From NCBI RefSeq assembly GCF_009914755.1, contig NC_060941.1: a DNA stretch of 64,000 bases. One strand, 5' to 3'. A model generated the notes under the pieces. The model saw nothing but the letters and a program-made list of their open reading frames with translations. It did no database searches and was not told where the DNA came from. The stretch comes from the human T2T-CHM13v2.0 reference genome, Homo sapiens. The translations under genes were made by a program, and so were the position numbers. Shown here one piece after another: positions 31,166 to 48,880 of the stretch; the first letter of the stretch is position 1, and the number at the start of each line of letters is the position of its first letter.

Positions 31166-31746
31166 TAGGCTGGTCTCATATTCCTGGCCTCAAGCAATCC
31201 ACCTACCTTGGCCTCTCAAAGTGCTGGGATTATAGGCGTGAGCCACCATGCTGGCCAAAAATGTAACATTTGAGTACATGAATGGTTACGATTTTGGTTA
31301 TCTGGAAAATTCTAGTATCCAGAATATCACGTTATCAGATAGCCCAGGTATTGCTGCACATACCTCTAAACCTCTTCACTCTAGAATTTCAGAAAAAGCT
31401 TGGTTCTGCCGGAGGCAAAACACAGGATGAACAATGCAGCTGCAACCCTGAGCCAGAGACCAGGCCTTTCAACCCAACTGCTCCACCTGCACTGGGAGCT
31501 TGCACACACAAGCCCTGAAACTGGAGTGATGTAATTAGATGCTTAAAAATTAAGTTTTATTCAAATGTTTAAGTATACAAAACAGCTACTGAAGTGTCGG
31601 GTTAAAAAAAAAAAAGAAAGAAAAAGAAAACAAAACAGCAAAGAACACAAATGAATGTTGAAGAGCTCGAGGTGGCAGAGACCAGAAGCATCTGAGGATG
31701 AGGCTGCACCTACAAAGATTGTTTCATTTGCTGTGGCTTTAGGTGA

Positions 31747-32022
<276 letters not shown>

Positions 32023-32091
32023 TGATCCGCCTGCCTCGGCCTCCAAAAGTGCTGGGATTATAGGCGTGAGCCACTGCGCCCGGCCTACTAT

Positions 32092-32118
32092 TACTACTAC
32101 TACTACTACTACTACTAC

Positions 32119-32157
<39 letters not shown>
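32092..32157 (+). repeat. Compound microsatellite (TAC)9(TAT)13 derived from an Alu tail
   Basis: Read directly from the sequence; it forms the tail of the minus-strand Alu at 32160-32578. Confidence 0.9.
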
Positions 32158-32158
<1 letters not shown>

Positions 32159-32980
32159 TATTGAGACAGAGTCTCACTCTGTTGCCCAGGCTGGAGTGCA
32201 GTGGCACAATCTCGGCTCACTGCAACCTCCGCCTCCCAGGTTCAAGTGATTCTCTGCCTCAGCCTCTCGAGTAGCTGGGATTACAGGCACCCGCCACCAC
32301 GCCTGGCTAATTTTTGTATTTTTAGCAGAGATGGGGTTTCACCATATTGGTCAGGCTGGTCTTGAACCTCTGACCTCAGGTGATTTGCCTGCCTTGGCCT
32401 CCTGAGTAGCTAGGATTACAGGCGCCTGTCACCATGCTCAGCTAATTTTTGTATTTTTCATAGAGACGGGGTTTCACCATGTTGGCCAGGCTGGTCTCGA
32501 ACTCCTGGCCTCAGGTGATCTGCCCACCTTGGCCTCCCAAAGTGCTGGGATTACAGGCATGAGCCACCGTGCCCGGCCACAAATAATTTTTAAAGGCCTA
32601 GTCAGACTCCTGAGCATGAGCAAGCTGCTCCCATCACTGTGTCTTCACTTGCTTATTCACTCCCTCTGCACAAATCCACGGGTGAGCTCACAAAAAGTTT
32701 CCTTCAGCTTTAAAATCTCCAAGGAATGTTTTTAGCTATTACCCCACAGCTGCATTTTCTATTCCAACCCCCATATTCCCTCGAGTTATGACTTTGTAGC
32801 CACACGACACTTTGGTTTAACGGAAGCAGATTGATCAAGAGATGAGATTATAAGAGGAGGAAGAGACAAGTTTCAGTGAAGACAGTTCTTTTTGTTTTTT
32901 GGTTTTTTTTTGCAAAGAGACTGAAAATAATGTTAAGAGCCCAAATCAGGAAGAAATTTAAGAGATGAGGAATGAGGTGA

Positions 32981-33703
<723 letters not shown>

Positions 33704-33799
33704 TACAAGTCAATGGAAGGGGACATGAAGGAACTCTAGAGGTGCTGTTTATCTCACATTTCCTGACCTGGGTGTGTTCTGTTTGTGAAAGTTCACTGA

Positions 33800-34021
<222 letters not shown>

Positions 34022-35484
34022 TAGTAGAGATGGAGTTTCGCCATGTTGGCCAGGGTGGTCTTGAACTACTGACCTCAGGCGATCCACCCGCCTTGGCCTC
34101 CCAAAGTGCTGGGATTACAGGCGTTAGCCACGGCACCTGGCCCTTGCACTTAATTTTCTATACAAATTATAGAAAAAGGTGTCATTTAGAAAAATGGCAA
34201 GTATTTTGTTTATAGATTGCTGCATTTTGAAATAAGGGGATATTTTCTGGCCTGAACATATTCAGTCACCTGTAAATGAATAAAAAATAGAAATCATAAT
34301 TTTTTTTAAAAGAAATAGGCTGTACAGTTATGGTCCCATCAAGCCTTTCAACACGCGCTCCAATTCCAACAGCTTGCAGAAAAGTTCAACATTTCTTCAG
34401 GGAAAAATTATTCAAAGTTTTATCAATCTGTGAAGCAATTTGTGTGAGAACATTTGTGCATGAATGATAGGAAGAATTACATTTTAAAGCTCTTAACACG
34501 TAAAAAACCAAAAACACCATTTATAGTTGGTCCCTGCAGTGCAGAAATTCAACATAAGCCAGTGAGGTGTCCCCAGTTCTTCAAAGAACCCAGATAAAAC
34601 TAGTCTAACTCTTGAGTATCACTCAGGCAATCCCAAAGGAGCGATACTGAAATACTGCCATGACTTGAAGACAAATTTCAAGAATTCTAGTGACATCTAC
34701 TACATAATTTCAAGTTCCTAGAAAAGAGAAAACACACATGCATGCATGCTTTTAAAAGACTTTAGCCCCTAAGAATAAATTCTAAGGGCCCTGGCTAGGG
34801 TAACAGTAATGGGAGAGCCACTCAAAGTCAGTTCTCTTCAGGTGCCTGATTACGTATTTTATTAGAAGCTATTAGAATGTTCTTCAACTTCCCTTAGTAT
34901 GGATAACTGACTCAGTTTCAAGCTATAGTGATTCATTACTAACACTTTAAATAAGTGCTTCACAATCACCACCTCCATCTGTTACAGTTTTTCTGCAACA
35001 TGAAAAACATCTTGGCAATGCTGCCTGCTATGCTGTGTGCCAAATCATGAAAAACACCCACAGTGTAGATAAACGATTAACAATTTTAGTGATGAGATAA
35101 CCAGCAAAGGTAGTTCAATAATTAAGGTTTCTGGTCCCACAGAAAGCTTGAATTGCTCACCCAGGAACACAGAGAGAACAGTTCTCACATATGCCGAGCA
35201 GATCAGTCTCCATTTGGAATGACCGCAACTACAGCAAGGCCACGGCTCAATAAAAATCTGAAAAGCATCTTCGCCAACCAGGCCAGGTGATACGTACTTG
35301 GCTTTTAACAACCAGAAAGTTGAGAAGAAATGAAATGCATTTATGAAGTTTTAAAACTCTCCTGGCTGGGCGCAGTGCCTCACGCCTGTAATCCCAGCAC
35401 TTTGGCATGCTGAGGTGAGTGGATCACCTGAGGTCAGGAGTTCGAGACCAGCCTGGTCAACATGGTGAAACCCTGTCTCTACTA

Positions 35485-35712
<228 letters not shown>

Positions 35713-38585
35713 TCAGGTATACCTCCTGACCCCTGGTGATGGAATGGTGAGAGGTTCTGACTTAGCACCTTTTAAACATTTTTAAAGGAAAAGAAGAAAA
35801 AAAAGGGAAGGAGGAAGGAAAGACAGGGAGGAGGACAAAGTCCCCAAACTCCAACTTTCCACGGTAAAAATCATTCATTACTTTATACTTCCCTCTGCCT
35901 ATGAAGGAAGGAGTTGTGCCCCATGAATACTGCTTTCTTTCCAACTGCAACCTTTCTGAAAAGTAGCTGCTCAAAGTGGGGATCAGTGTGACAGGGAAAC
36001 ATTGGTGAGTCAGGAGATGGGGACCCACCAAATGTCCAGGCAACAACGCTTAAGTGCTCCAAAGTTAACCACCATAATTTTTCTGTTAAAAAGCCGTAAG
36101 TATCCTTCTACAAGTGCAAATATAGTCTGGCATTCCAGTTTTCATAATTTGGCCATCATCGACTCTCTGCTCTGATCTCCCATTGCTTCTCCAAATGAGC
36201 CCTGCCGTGCAGTCAGCTAGTCAACTCACCGACCTCTAAACACACTGTACTCCTCCCCACCGCTTGTCTGTACTTTTCCTTGTCTACTGAAATCTTTCAA
36301 AATTCAGTTCAGAGCTTACAACCACCCTGGTCACCTTTCCCTCTGCTTCAATCTTATAGTATTTAATGGAGGATTACTGTCAATAATATAATCCCTTATG
36401 GTATCTGGTCTATCACTACTTGGACCATGTGCTGCTATGTCTTGGCCCCCTCCCAAACTAACCCGCAAGCAATGAAGCTGGCTCCATACCCAGTTCTCAT
36501 TTGTCTTCCTCACAGCTCTTAGTATGGTATCTAGCATATTTTGGGGAACTGACTTATATGTGGGGGCTTTGTTCTAAGTGTTCTAAGTAATACATTTAGT
36601 GCCCTAGAGCAAGCTGGGTCTACAACAATTTATACATTCTCTCTCTTCTTTTTTAATAAAAAATTGAGACGAGGGTCTTCATATGATGCCCCGGCTGTTC
36701 TCCAATTCCTAGGCTCAAGCGATCCTCCCACCTCAGCCTCCCAAAGTGCTGGGAATACAGGCATGAGCCACCGCACCGTCAATTTATACATTCTTGGTGA
36801 TAAACAAGAACCTCTTAAATAGATCCTAGAAAGACTGCCATGAGTTTGTTGATCCAAGCAAGGAGAGGTAAAGGAGGTAAGAGAATTAAACAATCAGTCT
36901 TCCTGTAACGTAAGCACCCTGCCTAAAGGCCATGTGGAGTACCTTTCCACAAGGCCACCTACTTCTTTGTCTAAGTAGGCTGGGTGCAGTGGCTCACGCC
37001 TGTAAAATTTCAGCACTCCAGGAAGCCAAGGCGGGAGGATGCCTTGAGCCTTGGAGTTTGAGTCCAGCCTAGAGGGTACAGGGAGACCCTGTCTCTACAA
37101 AATATTCAACAATTAGCCTGGCATGGTGGTGTGCACATACAGTCCCAACTACTCAGGAGGCTGAGGTGGGAGGATTGCTTGAGCCTGGGAGGTCGAGGCC
37201 TGCAGTGACCTGTGATTGCACCATTGCACTCCGGCCTGGGTGACAGAGAGAAACCTTGTCTCAAAAAAAAAAAAAAGGTATAAGATTGGGAAGGAGTGGG
37301 GGTGGGTGGGTAGAGCAGGGAACTTTCAGTATGACAGGGATAAAGGGGGCTGGACCAGGGAGAGAGGAGGTGTAAGTCTGTTTCTACACATGTCCTATTA
37401 ATCCCTCTCAGGATGGAGCGCTTCCTGGCAATGTGATGTCTAATTCTGATTCGGTCTGCCTGTCTGACTTGTGACAGACTTTTGCAGGGTGCTAATTTTA
37501 ATAGCTACAACTCTGCCAGCAAAATTTTTATGGAACAGTCTGCAAGACCTTGGATTTTTTGATTCACCCACTGACCAGCAACTAGGCTGATGGAGAAAAA
37601 TGATCACATTAAGAGACCAGGACTATTCATGTATTAAAAAAGTTTCTTTATAATGTTCATACATGTTAGAAGATGAACAATTAAGACGACTAACCAAATT
37701 ACAGGATATTTCTTTCTCTGAGAAATATTTTAGTTCAAAAGATAACTAGGATATGCTCATCAACCTCTTCAGTTGACCTCTTATCATCAAGAGAAATTGC
37801 TCTTGATATTTTTAACAAAACAGGAAGGTAGTTCACACTTATGTGATATTACTCCACCCAGATAAATCTGGAGGCAGTGAAACCTAAATGCATAGACAAA
37901 CCCCAAAATAAACTTCTACCAAAGGGGTACAAAAAGTTTCCATTCAAAATAACTGTCTTGCGTTTTGTGACATGTGGAAGTCCTATTTGGTGGAGCTGAA
38001 ATGCTCTTGGAATGTCAGAATTTCAACTGCACGAGCAGGGAGAAGAAAGGAGAGGAAGGGAGGGGGCAGGAAGAGACCAACACAGAGATCAAGAGGTTTC
38101 AAGAAAAATCTGTGTATTTGAAAAATTCAACAATCATATGATGACCTGTACTAGACAAACACCAAGCCCTGGGCTAGGTGAACTGAGGATAAAATGGATA
38201 CCCTTCCCAAGGAGCTTAGGGGACTAGAAAGCTGCCAGGTGCATCACAGTGTGACGAATGTCAGGAGTGGGGAGTTATGGGTACTATGTAGGCATCAATT
38301 CAATAGAAAACATCTGACTTCCAAACACCAAAGACGATGACTTAACTCCAGGTTAGGGGGTATCAGGAAAACATCCTAGATGAAGTGTGAACTTGGTTAT
38401 TCCCTGTCTGCATCTTTAGCTCTGCTTAGTCTGTGTGGACTGTGAGTAGAAGGAACATGGCAGACTCTGCAAGTAGACAGATTGTTGTTTGGCTGCTATT
38501 AACTAAAACACTGGTTAAGCTTCTTTTAGCTTAAAGGTAAAATATTTATTAATGGTATCAGAACTTCTAACTGGAAATAACCTAA

Positions 38586-38887
<302 letters not shown>

Positions 38888-40420
38888 TGAGCCACCGCGC
38901 TCGGCCTCAACTGTAGCTAATTCTTTACTTTAATGACACATATTTAGCAACTGTCCTTTTCATCCTTTCACTAACAGAAGGAGGCTTTTAATCTTACATG
39001 AAATCCTACACTCCTCTCTTCAAAAAATAAAACACAAAGCCTCCCCAACCCCCCACACCCCCTCCCAACCCCCCCGCCTGGGGGAGCAGCTGTTACTCAT
39101 GTTTTGTGATGCTAACAGGCAAACCCGCTCCTGTGTGTCAGTTCCACCCTCTAAGGTCTCCACTCACTTCCCACTGCCTCAGCATAAAGCAGAAAACAGG
39201 AGCTCAAACCTCTACCCTGAAAATTAATGACAACAGAGGTTTTTTTTTAAATTTTATTTATTATTATTATTTTTGAGATGGAGTCTTGCTCTGTCCCCCA
39301 GGCTGGAGTGCAGTGGCGCAATCTCGGCTCACTGCAACCTCCGCTCCTGGGTTCATCCCATTCTCCTGCCTCAGCCTCCTGAGTAGCTGGGACTACAGGC
39401 GCCCGCCACCACGCCTGGCTAATTTTTTTTGTATTTTTAGTAGAGACGGGGTTTCACCGTGTTAGCCAGGATGGTCTCGATCTCCTGACCTCGTGATCCG
39501 CCAACCTCAGCCTCCCAAAGTTGTGGGATTACAGGCGTGAACCACCGCACCCCGCCCGACAACAGAGTTTATTTAATTCCACGTAAGACTATGATTCAAG
39601 GGGTCAATGAAAGGACTGATCGATTTTCAGTCGTTCTGTGACCCAAGAGCCACCTCAGAGGATGTTATTGAAAGAAGAAAAAGCAATGTTGGTCACAGAA
39701 CTATTCACCAACGTGTGCATAAGGATACAGGACTGAAAAACTCAAGGCTGGGGTCCTCCCACCAGGACACCGTTAATTTCCAACTCAAAAAGCTAGTTCC
39801 AAATGCATTTTCTACTTCTGAAGCAGTTAATCTAGTTCCAAATCGGGAAAGGCTTGTTATAATCACATGACAGAGGAAGAGGAACTGGGGTAGAGTGGCA
39901 AGTCCCTACCCCCACCCCCACCCCCACCCCCAGGGTGGAGGCGAATGCAGAGAGTTCAACAGGTAATGACAATACAAACTGCAAATGTGGATTCAAGCTA
40001 GTGGACAGGGTCAGGGAGCAGAAAACACAGGGACCTAAACTAGTCTCGGGGTGGGGGCTGCCTGAGAAAGCCTCCCCAAGCCAGTGACATTTGAAGGGAG
40101 ATCAAAGGCTCTCCTGTGGGTGGTCTGGCAGAAGACCACAGTATGCAAATTAAGAAGCTCAAGCTTATATGTTACAATCATCAGAAGTCGCTGAGAGTGA
40201 CATTCAGGTTTGCATTTTTCAAAAGCTCCTCTGGCTGACTGTGAGATGAACTGCAAGGAGGTGCAGGTGGGTGGGGCAGTGCGGTAGAGAGGAGAGAGTC
40301 GAGGTATTTCTGGAGGTAGAATCAAAAGGACTTGGTGATGAGATGCTGCTCAGTGGTCTTCCTCTCGGCCACTGATTTTTTTTTTTTTTTTTTCTGAAAA
40401 CTGCTTTAGAAAAACTGCTA

Positions 40421-40946
<526 letters not shown>

Positions 40947-41397
40947 TAATTTTTGTATTTTTTAGTAGAGACGGGGTTTCATCATGTTGGCCAGGCTAGT
41001 CTCAAACTCCTAACCTCAAGTCACCTTGGCCTCTCAAAGTGCTGGGATTACAGGCATGAGCCACTGTGCCCAGCCTGCTCTGACTTTTTGGCTCTGTAAG
41101 AACCACATCAACAGGCTCCCTCACTCTCTGGCTCCCAGTGCTATTAATCAATGGGGAGGCCTGCAGAAGGTCAGACGAAGGGAGGGTCAGGTCAGGGCAT
41201 TCATTCTCCCAGCTCCCACCCTGAGAGTGTCTGTGGACAGTCTTGGACTCTCAATTGAAAGTAAGTCCTTTCCTTCTCCAGGTTTGGGCAACTCCTCCCC
41301 CTTCCTTCTCCCTGTCGTAGGCCTCATGGTGGTAACCTGATTACCAGCTGTGGACACTGCATTATCCCTGTGGTTTCTAGAGAAACTTCGCCCACAC

Positions 41398-42017
41398 TGA
41401 TAGCGGCAGGAGGCAGACAAATGCCTCACAGGGGCGGGTCTCCAGTGAAACCCCACCTCTAAGCCAAAGACAACTGAAAGCCTGAAAGCCACACTACAGG
41501 TCAAATCCATGGACCGGACTGAGAACCCATCTTCCCATTTGGTAGGCTTTCCTCTGATTGATCCCCACTCTTCACCTATTTTACATCTACCTACCCTTTC
41601 CGAATTGATTTTCTACACTGCCATGCCCATCTTTGAGTGGTGCCTTTGCTTTAGCCTTTCTTTGCATGCCCACAAACCATTCAGCATGCATGCCCCTGTT
41701 CTGAGCCCATAAAAGCCCCCACCCAGCCACACTGGGAGAGAAACCACCAGACTTCAGGGGTGGGGAACCACTACCTCCTCCGCTCCTGAAAGCTGTTCAC
41801 CGCTCAATAAAATTCTTCTCCACCCTCCTCACCCTTAAATTGCCAGTGTAACCTCATTCTTCTCAGACACAGGACAAGACCTTGGGAACTGCTGAACCTG
41901 GGAACAAGCCATAACACAGGTGAGCTGGGGCATACCCAGCCCAGCCATGAGCTGAGCTGGTGCGCAACCAAGACTTAGCCTGAGTGGGCTGAGTGTGGAG
42001 GTCCCCAGCTGGAGTCA
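41398..42017 (+). mobile_element. ERV1-class solo LTR (LTR1/LTR27/LTR28-like group)
   Basis: Starts TGATAGCGGCAGGAGGCAGACAAATG and ends ...GTCA. Flanked by 4-bp TSD acac (41394-41397 and 42018-42021). Contains a GC box ggggcggg (~41431), TATA-like cataaaa (~41708) and AATAAA (41806-41811). Subfamily recalled only approximately. Confidence 0.8.
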
Positions 42018-43679
42018 ACACCTTGCAAATAGTCTCATTATTAAAATCCTCTCAATTTAAGTGTGTCAGGTGTTCTCTACCAGGACTCAGACTGAAATTA
42101 GCCTAAAATCAGTTGTATATGTCTTTTGGAATGCATTAAGGACATGCTCCTTTATATAAAGTGACATTTGTTATGGGGCAGAAAGTATCCAAATTCTACC
42201 AACTACTTGGAAGAAGAAAACTATAAAAGAGCCAAACAATTCTGTTCTGTTAACCGCTTTTTCAAAATTTGAGACAGGGGTCTTGCTCTGTGGCCCAGGC
42301 TGGAGTGCAGAGGCACAATCACAGCTCAATGCAGCCTCAGCCTCCCGGGCTCAAGTGATCCTCCCGTCTCAGATCTTCCCACAAATAGCTCGGACTACAG
42401 ATGCCAGCCACTACAGCTGGCTACTTTTAAAATTTTTTTGTGGAGGCAGGGTCTCACCATGTTGCCAAGGCTGGTCTGGAACTCCTGGTCTCAAGGTATC
42501 CTCCCATCTCAGCCTCCCAAAGTGCTGGGCTATAGGCATGAGCCATAATGCCCAGCCCTATTCTGTTTACTATTAAAAGTTGAGAAAGGGGGTGAAGGTA
42601 TAAAAACCTCAGATTTGTAATCTGACCATTACTAGACTGGCATAATGACTTGCAGTAGCTGCCCCTTTGAATTGCACTTTAGATATTGTTCAAGTGTCTA
42701 CTACACTGAAAGCATTGTGTTAGGAAGCTGAAAAGGGAATAAGAATAAAAGGCATGGTCCCTGCCCTCAGAAGTGTTTATGAGCTAAGGGAGCTATGTGT
42801 GTAAATAAAGAGGAAATAAGTAAAAAAGTGAGATAAGGGAAATTGCTGATTTTGAGCTGGACACAGAATTCACCGCTACATGTTTCTATTTACTTTTCAG
42901 TTTTAGAGACAGGGTCTTACTCTGTTACCCAGGCTAGACAATGCAGTGGCACAATCTCTGCTCACTGCAGCCTCTGCCTCCTAGGCCAAGTGAACTTCCC
43001 ACCTCAGTCTCCTGAGTAGCTGGGACTACAGGTGCACGCCGCCACGCCTGGATAATTTTTGTATTTTTTGTAGAGATGCGGTTTTCCCATGTTGTCCAGG
43101 CTGGTTTCGAACTCCTGAGTTCAAGCAATCCGCCCACCTCAGCCTCCCAAAATGCTGGGATTTCAGGCATGAGCCACTGCGCCCAACCCAGCAACATGTT
43201 TCTAAATTAGCTGCATGGCTGACATGGAAAATTCAACTCATGTGTGGACGTTCTAGAAAAAAGGACAACTTCAAATAGTCTAGGAATAGGGCAAGAACCT
43301 AAAGGTAGAACAGCTTATAACAGGTGAGAGGGTATAGTAAGCAAAGTAATTTTCCCTCTTGTATTTTCATTGAGTTTAAATAAAAGAAGCCATTCTTGTT
43401 TAATCCTACTGTCCTCTGCCAGACTACACATTGCTCTCTTTTGATGGAGCTGTCATATGTTTCAATGATAAATGGTAATTACATACATTTGGACAGCTGG
43501 ATGTGGCTCAATCAAGCAGGGTCCTCTCTTACAGGTAACCATGCTGGCCATGTTACTAAAACTACTGCCTAACAGATAAGACAAGCTGTCCTCCCTGTTG
43601 CCTTTAGCCTGCTAAGGCTGTAAAACCTGAGAGCCCAGAAACCTTCGAGGACACATGTAGGCTTGCCCAGAATAACTAG

Positions 43680-43910
<231 letters not shown>

Positions 43911-44663
43911 TAAGTTGAGACGAGGTTTGACCATTTTGGCCAAGCTGGTCTTGAACTCCTGACCTCAGGTGATCCACCCGCCTCAGCCTCCCAAAATTTG
44001 TAATCCTGGGATTACAGGCGTGAGCCACCACACCCTGCTGACTCAGACATCTGATGGCCACCCACTGCCTCACTTTGGATGATCATATTGGCAAAGATGA
44101 AAATAAGTTAATACTTAGTGATAGGGATAGTATCGGTGGGAATATAAAAAGGTATATGGCTTTATGAAAAGTAATTCGACTGTATGTATTAAAGATCTAA
44201 TGTTCATACCTATTAACCCAGTAATGCCATTCTTAGGACTCTATCCTAATAAAACAACCAAAAAAAAAAAAATACATAGTCAAGACTAAGGGAGCAGCTG
44301 GGCACAGTGGCATATGCCTGCAGTCCCAGCTACCTGGGAAAGATCCCTTAAGCCCAGCAGTTTAAGGCTATAGTGTGCTATGATTGCACCTGTGAATAGC
44401 CACTGCACTCTGGCCCAGGCAATATAGCAAGATCTCATCTCTGAGGGGAAAAAAAAAAAAAAAAAGACTGAGTAAACAAGTATGAGTGAGTGCCTATTTT
44501 GAGTTAGGAGCTATGCTAGGTCCTGGGGATACAATTTTAAAAATGAGCCTTACTTTCAAAGAGCTGACAGCAGGGGAAGCCAAGTTCACTACAACTTCAG
44601 GTGTAAGTTCTATGAGTCCAGAGTGCTCTGTATGAAAGCACATCTTGGGGAGACCGAATCTAA

Positions 44664-44888
<225 letters not shown>

Positions 44889-47210
44889 TAGAGACAGGGT
44901 TTCACCGTGTTAGCCAGGATGGTCTCGATCTCCTGACCTCGTGATCCGCCCACCTTGGCCTCCCAAAGTGCTGGGATTACAGGCGTGAAGCACCGTGCCT
45001 GGCCACTTGGGTGGTAATATTTGAATGGAAACCCTCAGTGTAAGTAGGCTGTAGTGAGGCTTGGGGACGGGCATTGAGGACACAAATGAGAGCAAGAAAC
45101 ATTCCAGGCAGAGGAATGCGCAGGTGCAAAAGTTCTCAGGCAGGAAGGGATGTGGCATAGTCTAGGGGAGACCAGGGACAGAGAACTGAGCCCGACTGTG
45201 CAGGGCAGAATAAGGACTTGGGGAATTTGCTCATTAGGATGATGGTTCTGGCTTGTGTGTGGCACACGGCTCTGAGGGGACAAAGAGCAGCAGCAGGAAG
45301 ATCAGGTGGAGAAGGGGTTACTGCAGGGAGCCAGGAGGGAGCAGACAGGAATTGAGATTAGGGTAGGGGGCTTCTGACTGTTTTGAAGAGAATCTAAAAT
45401 GAACACTGAAAAACCCACATGCATTATTTTTAAGAATCTAAGTTTATCCCTCCCTCTCAAAAGATTCCCTCTGTACTTCTGTAGGAACAGGGTGCACAGG
45501 ACCACACAGGATGAGACATCAAATTCCATGTCATATCATAGGCTTCTCAAAGTGAAAAAATTAAAAATTAGAGGAAGACGGCCAAGTGCTGGTGGCTGAC
45601 ACCTGTAATCTAGCACTTTGAGAGGCTGAGGCGGAAGAATCACTTGAACCCAGGAGATCAAGACTAGGCTGAGGGATATAGCCAAGACCTGTCTCTACAA
45701 AAAATAGAACAAAAAAGTTAGCTGGGTGTAGTGGTGTGCGGCTGTAGTCCCAGCTACTCTGAGACTACAGTGGGAGGATCAGTTGAGCCTGGAAGGCTGA
45801 GGCTGCAGTAAGTTATGATCATGCCACTGCACCCCAATCTGGGTGACAGAGCAAGACCTACCTCCAAAAAAAAAAAAGTTTAATTATTCTCCACCATAAA
45901 CAAAGACAAAGAGAAAGAAAATATATTAAAGGGATAATCCCTCACCTAGAAGGAATGATCCCATTCTTCGAGAATATAGGTGATATCTTAATTGTTGTAC
46001 AATTAAAAACAGCTACACCAAACTGCTCATAACCAATTACCAATTCAAATAAATATATAGAAAATCTTTACAATCTATGAAAATTCTAAGTAGTACACTC
46101 TGACACATTTTATTCACTTATCACGTATAGTTACTTCACTTCAAAGAGTGACATTAGGGGGCTTACAAGACCCCAAGTACAGGCCTTTGCATTAAGAAAA
46201 TGGACATCAGGGTTCAGGATATAAAAACCTTTTCCTAAGCATCTCTAATGGAATCGGAGACAAATATAACTATTGTTAACAGGCAGGCTAAATTAACTAC
46301 CTCCTTTTGCTGCTAGACCAGAGGCTTCTCTAGTAATTAATTACCCAGGTCCTGGCCTCCTTCAGGCAGCTACACAGCTCAGGAGGAGCAGGTTCAGGTT
46401 CACTGGGAGGGCTGGGGGGCAGGGCAGCCGCAGCACAGCCCCTGCTCTTGGCAGGCACCATCATGAAGAGACAAGCTCAGCCTTGCTCCGCCTCTAGTTC
46501 TTTCTCTAAGCACCTACACGCTGCTCCATGTGAAAAATCAGCACTTTTGTCCCACAGAACTGTCACAACCTGCAGAGAAGAGAGGGACTAAGACGGCTAA
46601 ATGATAGGATGTATTAACGCAAACAACAGGCTTGTCAGACCCGCAACTCCAAGTTACAAGAACAACTTCCTGATTTCATGTTGTGCTTAAAGGAGAAATG
46701 TGTGTACAATCCCATGATTCTGGGTCAGGCCCCAGTACCAACAGAACATCCACGCTCCCTGGAAATGGAAGGGTGACCAGGCATAAACGGTTCATTCTCC
46801 TGCTCACAATGACAAGTAGTTTCCCAAAGGAGAAAAGCGATCAGACATATTATGTGACAACTAAGATATCCCTACTGTTTGCAGCTACAGCCTGGTATCA
46901 CTCAGCCTTTATGATCCCCTCTATGCAGTAAAAGTGTTTTAATGTCACGGATGTCTATGTATAATAAATCAATAATGATTAAGGCTATCAACTCTGAACT
47001 GACTAGCACCAAAATTTCCAGTTTTCTCTAGTTGAATTTTCATCATCAAGCTCACAAGACCGTTCTCTGGGAGAAAAAGTTAACTTGTTTTTTTTTTTTT
47101 TTTAAAAGACATAGTTGGCCAGGCACAGTGGCTCACGCCTGTAATCCCAGCACTTTGGGAGGCCGAGGTGGGTGGATCAGAAGGTCAGGAGATCGAGACC
47201 ATCCTGGCTA

Positions 47211-47625
<415 letters not shown>

Positions 47626-47862
47626 TACTTCCTTTACTGGTTGGGCTTCTGTATTTCCTCGAGTTTCTATGCCCTTAAAAAAAAAACCATTTTTACCGGG
47701 CGCGGTGGCTCACACCTGTAATTCCAGCACTTTGGGAGGCCAAGGCAGGCAGATCATGAGGTCAGGGGTTCAAGACCAGCCTGACAACACGGTGAAACCC
47801 CGCCTCTACTAAAAACACAAAAATTCGCCAGGTGTGGTGGCACATGCCTGTAATCCCAGCTA

Positions 47863-48369
<507 letters not shown>

Positions 48370-48687
48370 TCAACAGAATCCTGGGCTGAACAGCATTTTC
48401 CCTCAGAACTTGGAAGAGACATTGTTTTCTGGTATTCAGAGTTGTACAAGCAAAGTTTATTCATGGTCTTTTTTTTTGGGGGGGGGGGGGAGATGGAGTT
48501 TCACTCTTGTCTCCCAGGCTGCAGTGCAATGGTGCGATCTCTGCTCACTGCAACAACCTCCACTTCCCATGTTCAAGCGATTCTCCTGCCTCAGCCTCCT
48601 GAGTAGCTGGGATTACAGGTGCCTGCCACCACAACCGGCTAATTTTTCTATTTTTAGTAGAGATGGGGTTTCACCACATTGCCAGTG

Positions 48688-48880
48688 CTTCTCGTAGGAA
48701 CACAAACCCTACTGTAAACTGCTCACGCGAGGGATCTAGGTTGCCCGCTCCTTGTAAGAATCTAATGCCTGATGATCTGAGGTTGAACAGTCATCCTGAA
48801 CCATCTCGACCCCCCACTTCCATGGAAAAATTGTCTTCCATGAAACCAGTCCCTGGTAGCAAAAAGGTTGGGGACTGCTG
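48688..48880 (+). mobile_element. MER1 (hAT-Charlie) 3' portion
   Basis: gagggatctaggttgc...gaatctaatgcctgatgatctgagg...ggaaaaattgtcttccatgaaaccagtccctggt...aaaaaggttggggactgctg matches the recalled MER1A/B 3' end. Confidence 0.8.

Noticed and set aside
37412-37440. Possible U6 snRNA pseudogene (atggagcgcttc; similar weak match at ~45500-45530)
   Set aside because: Only about 12 nt of similarity, with no ACAGAGA box or 5' stem; cannot be supported.
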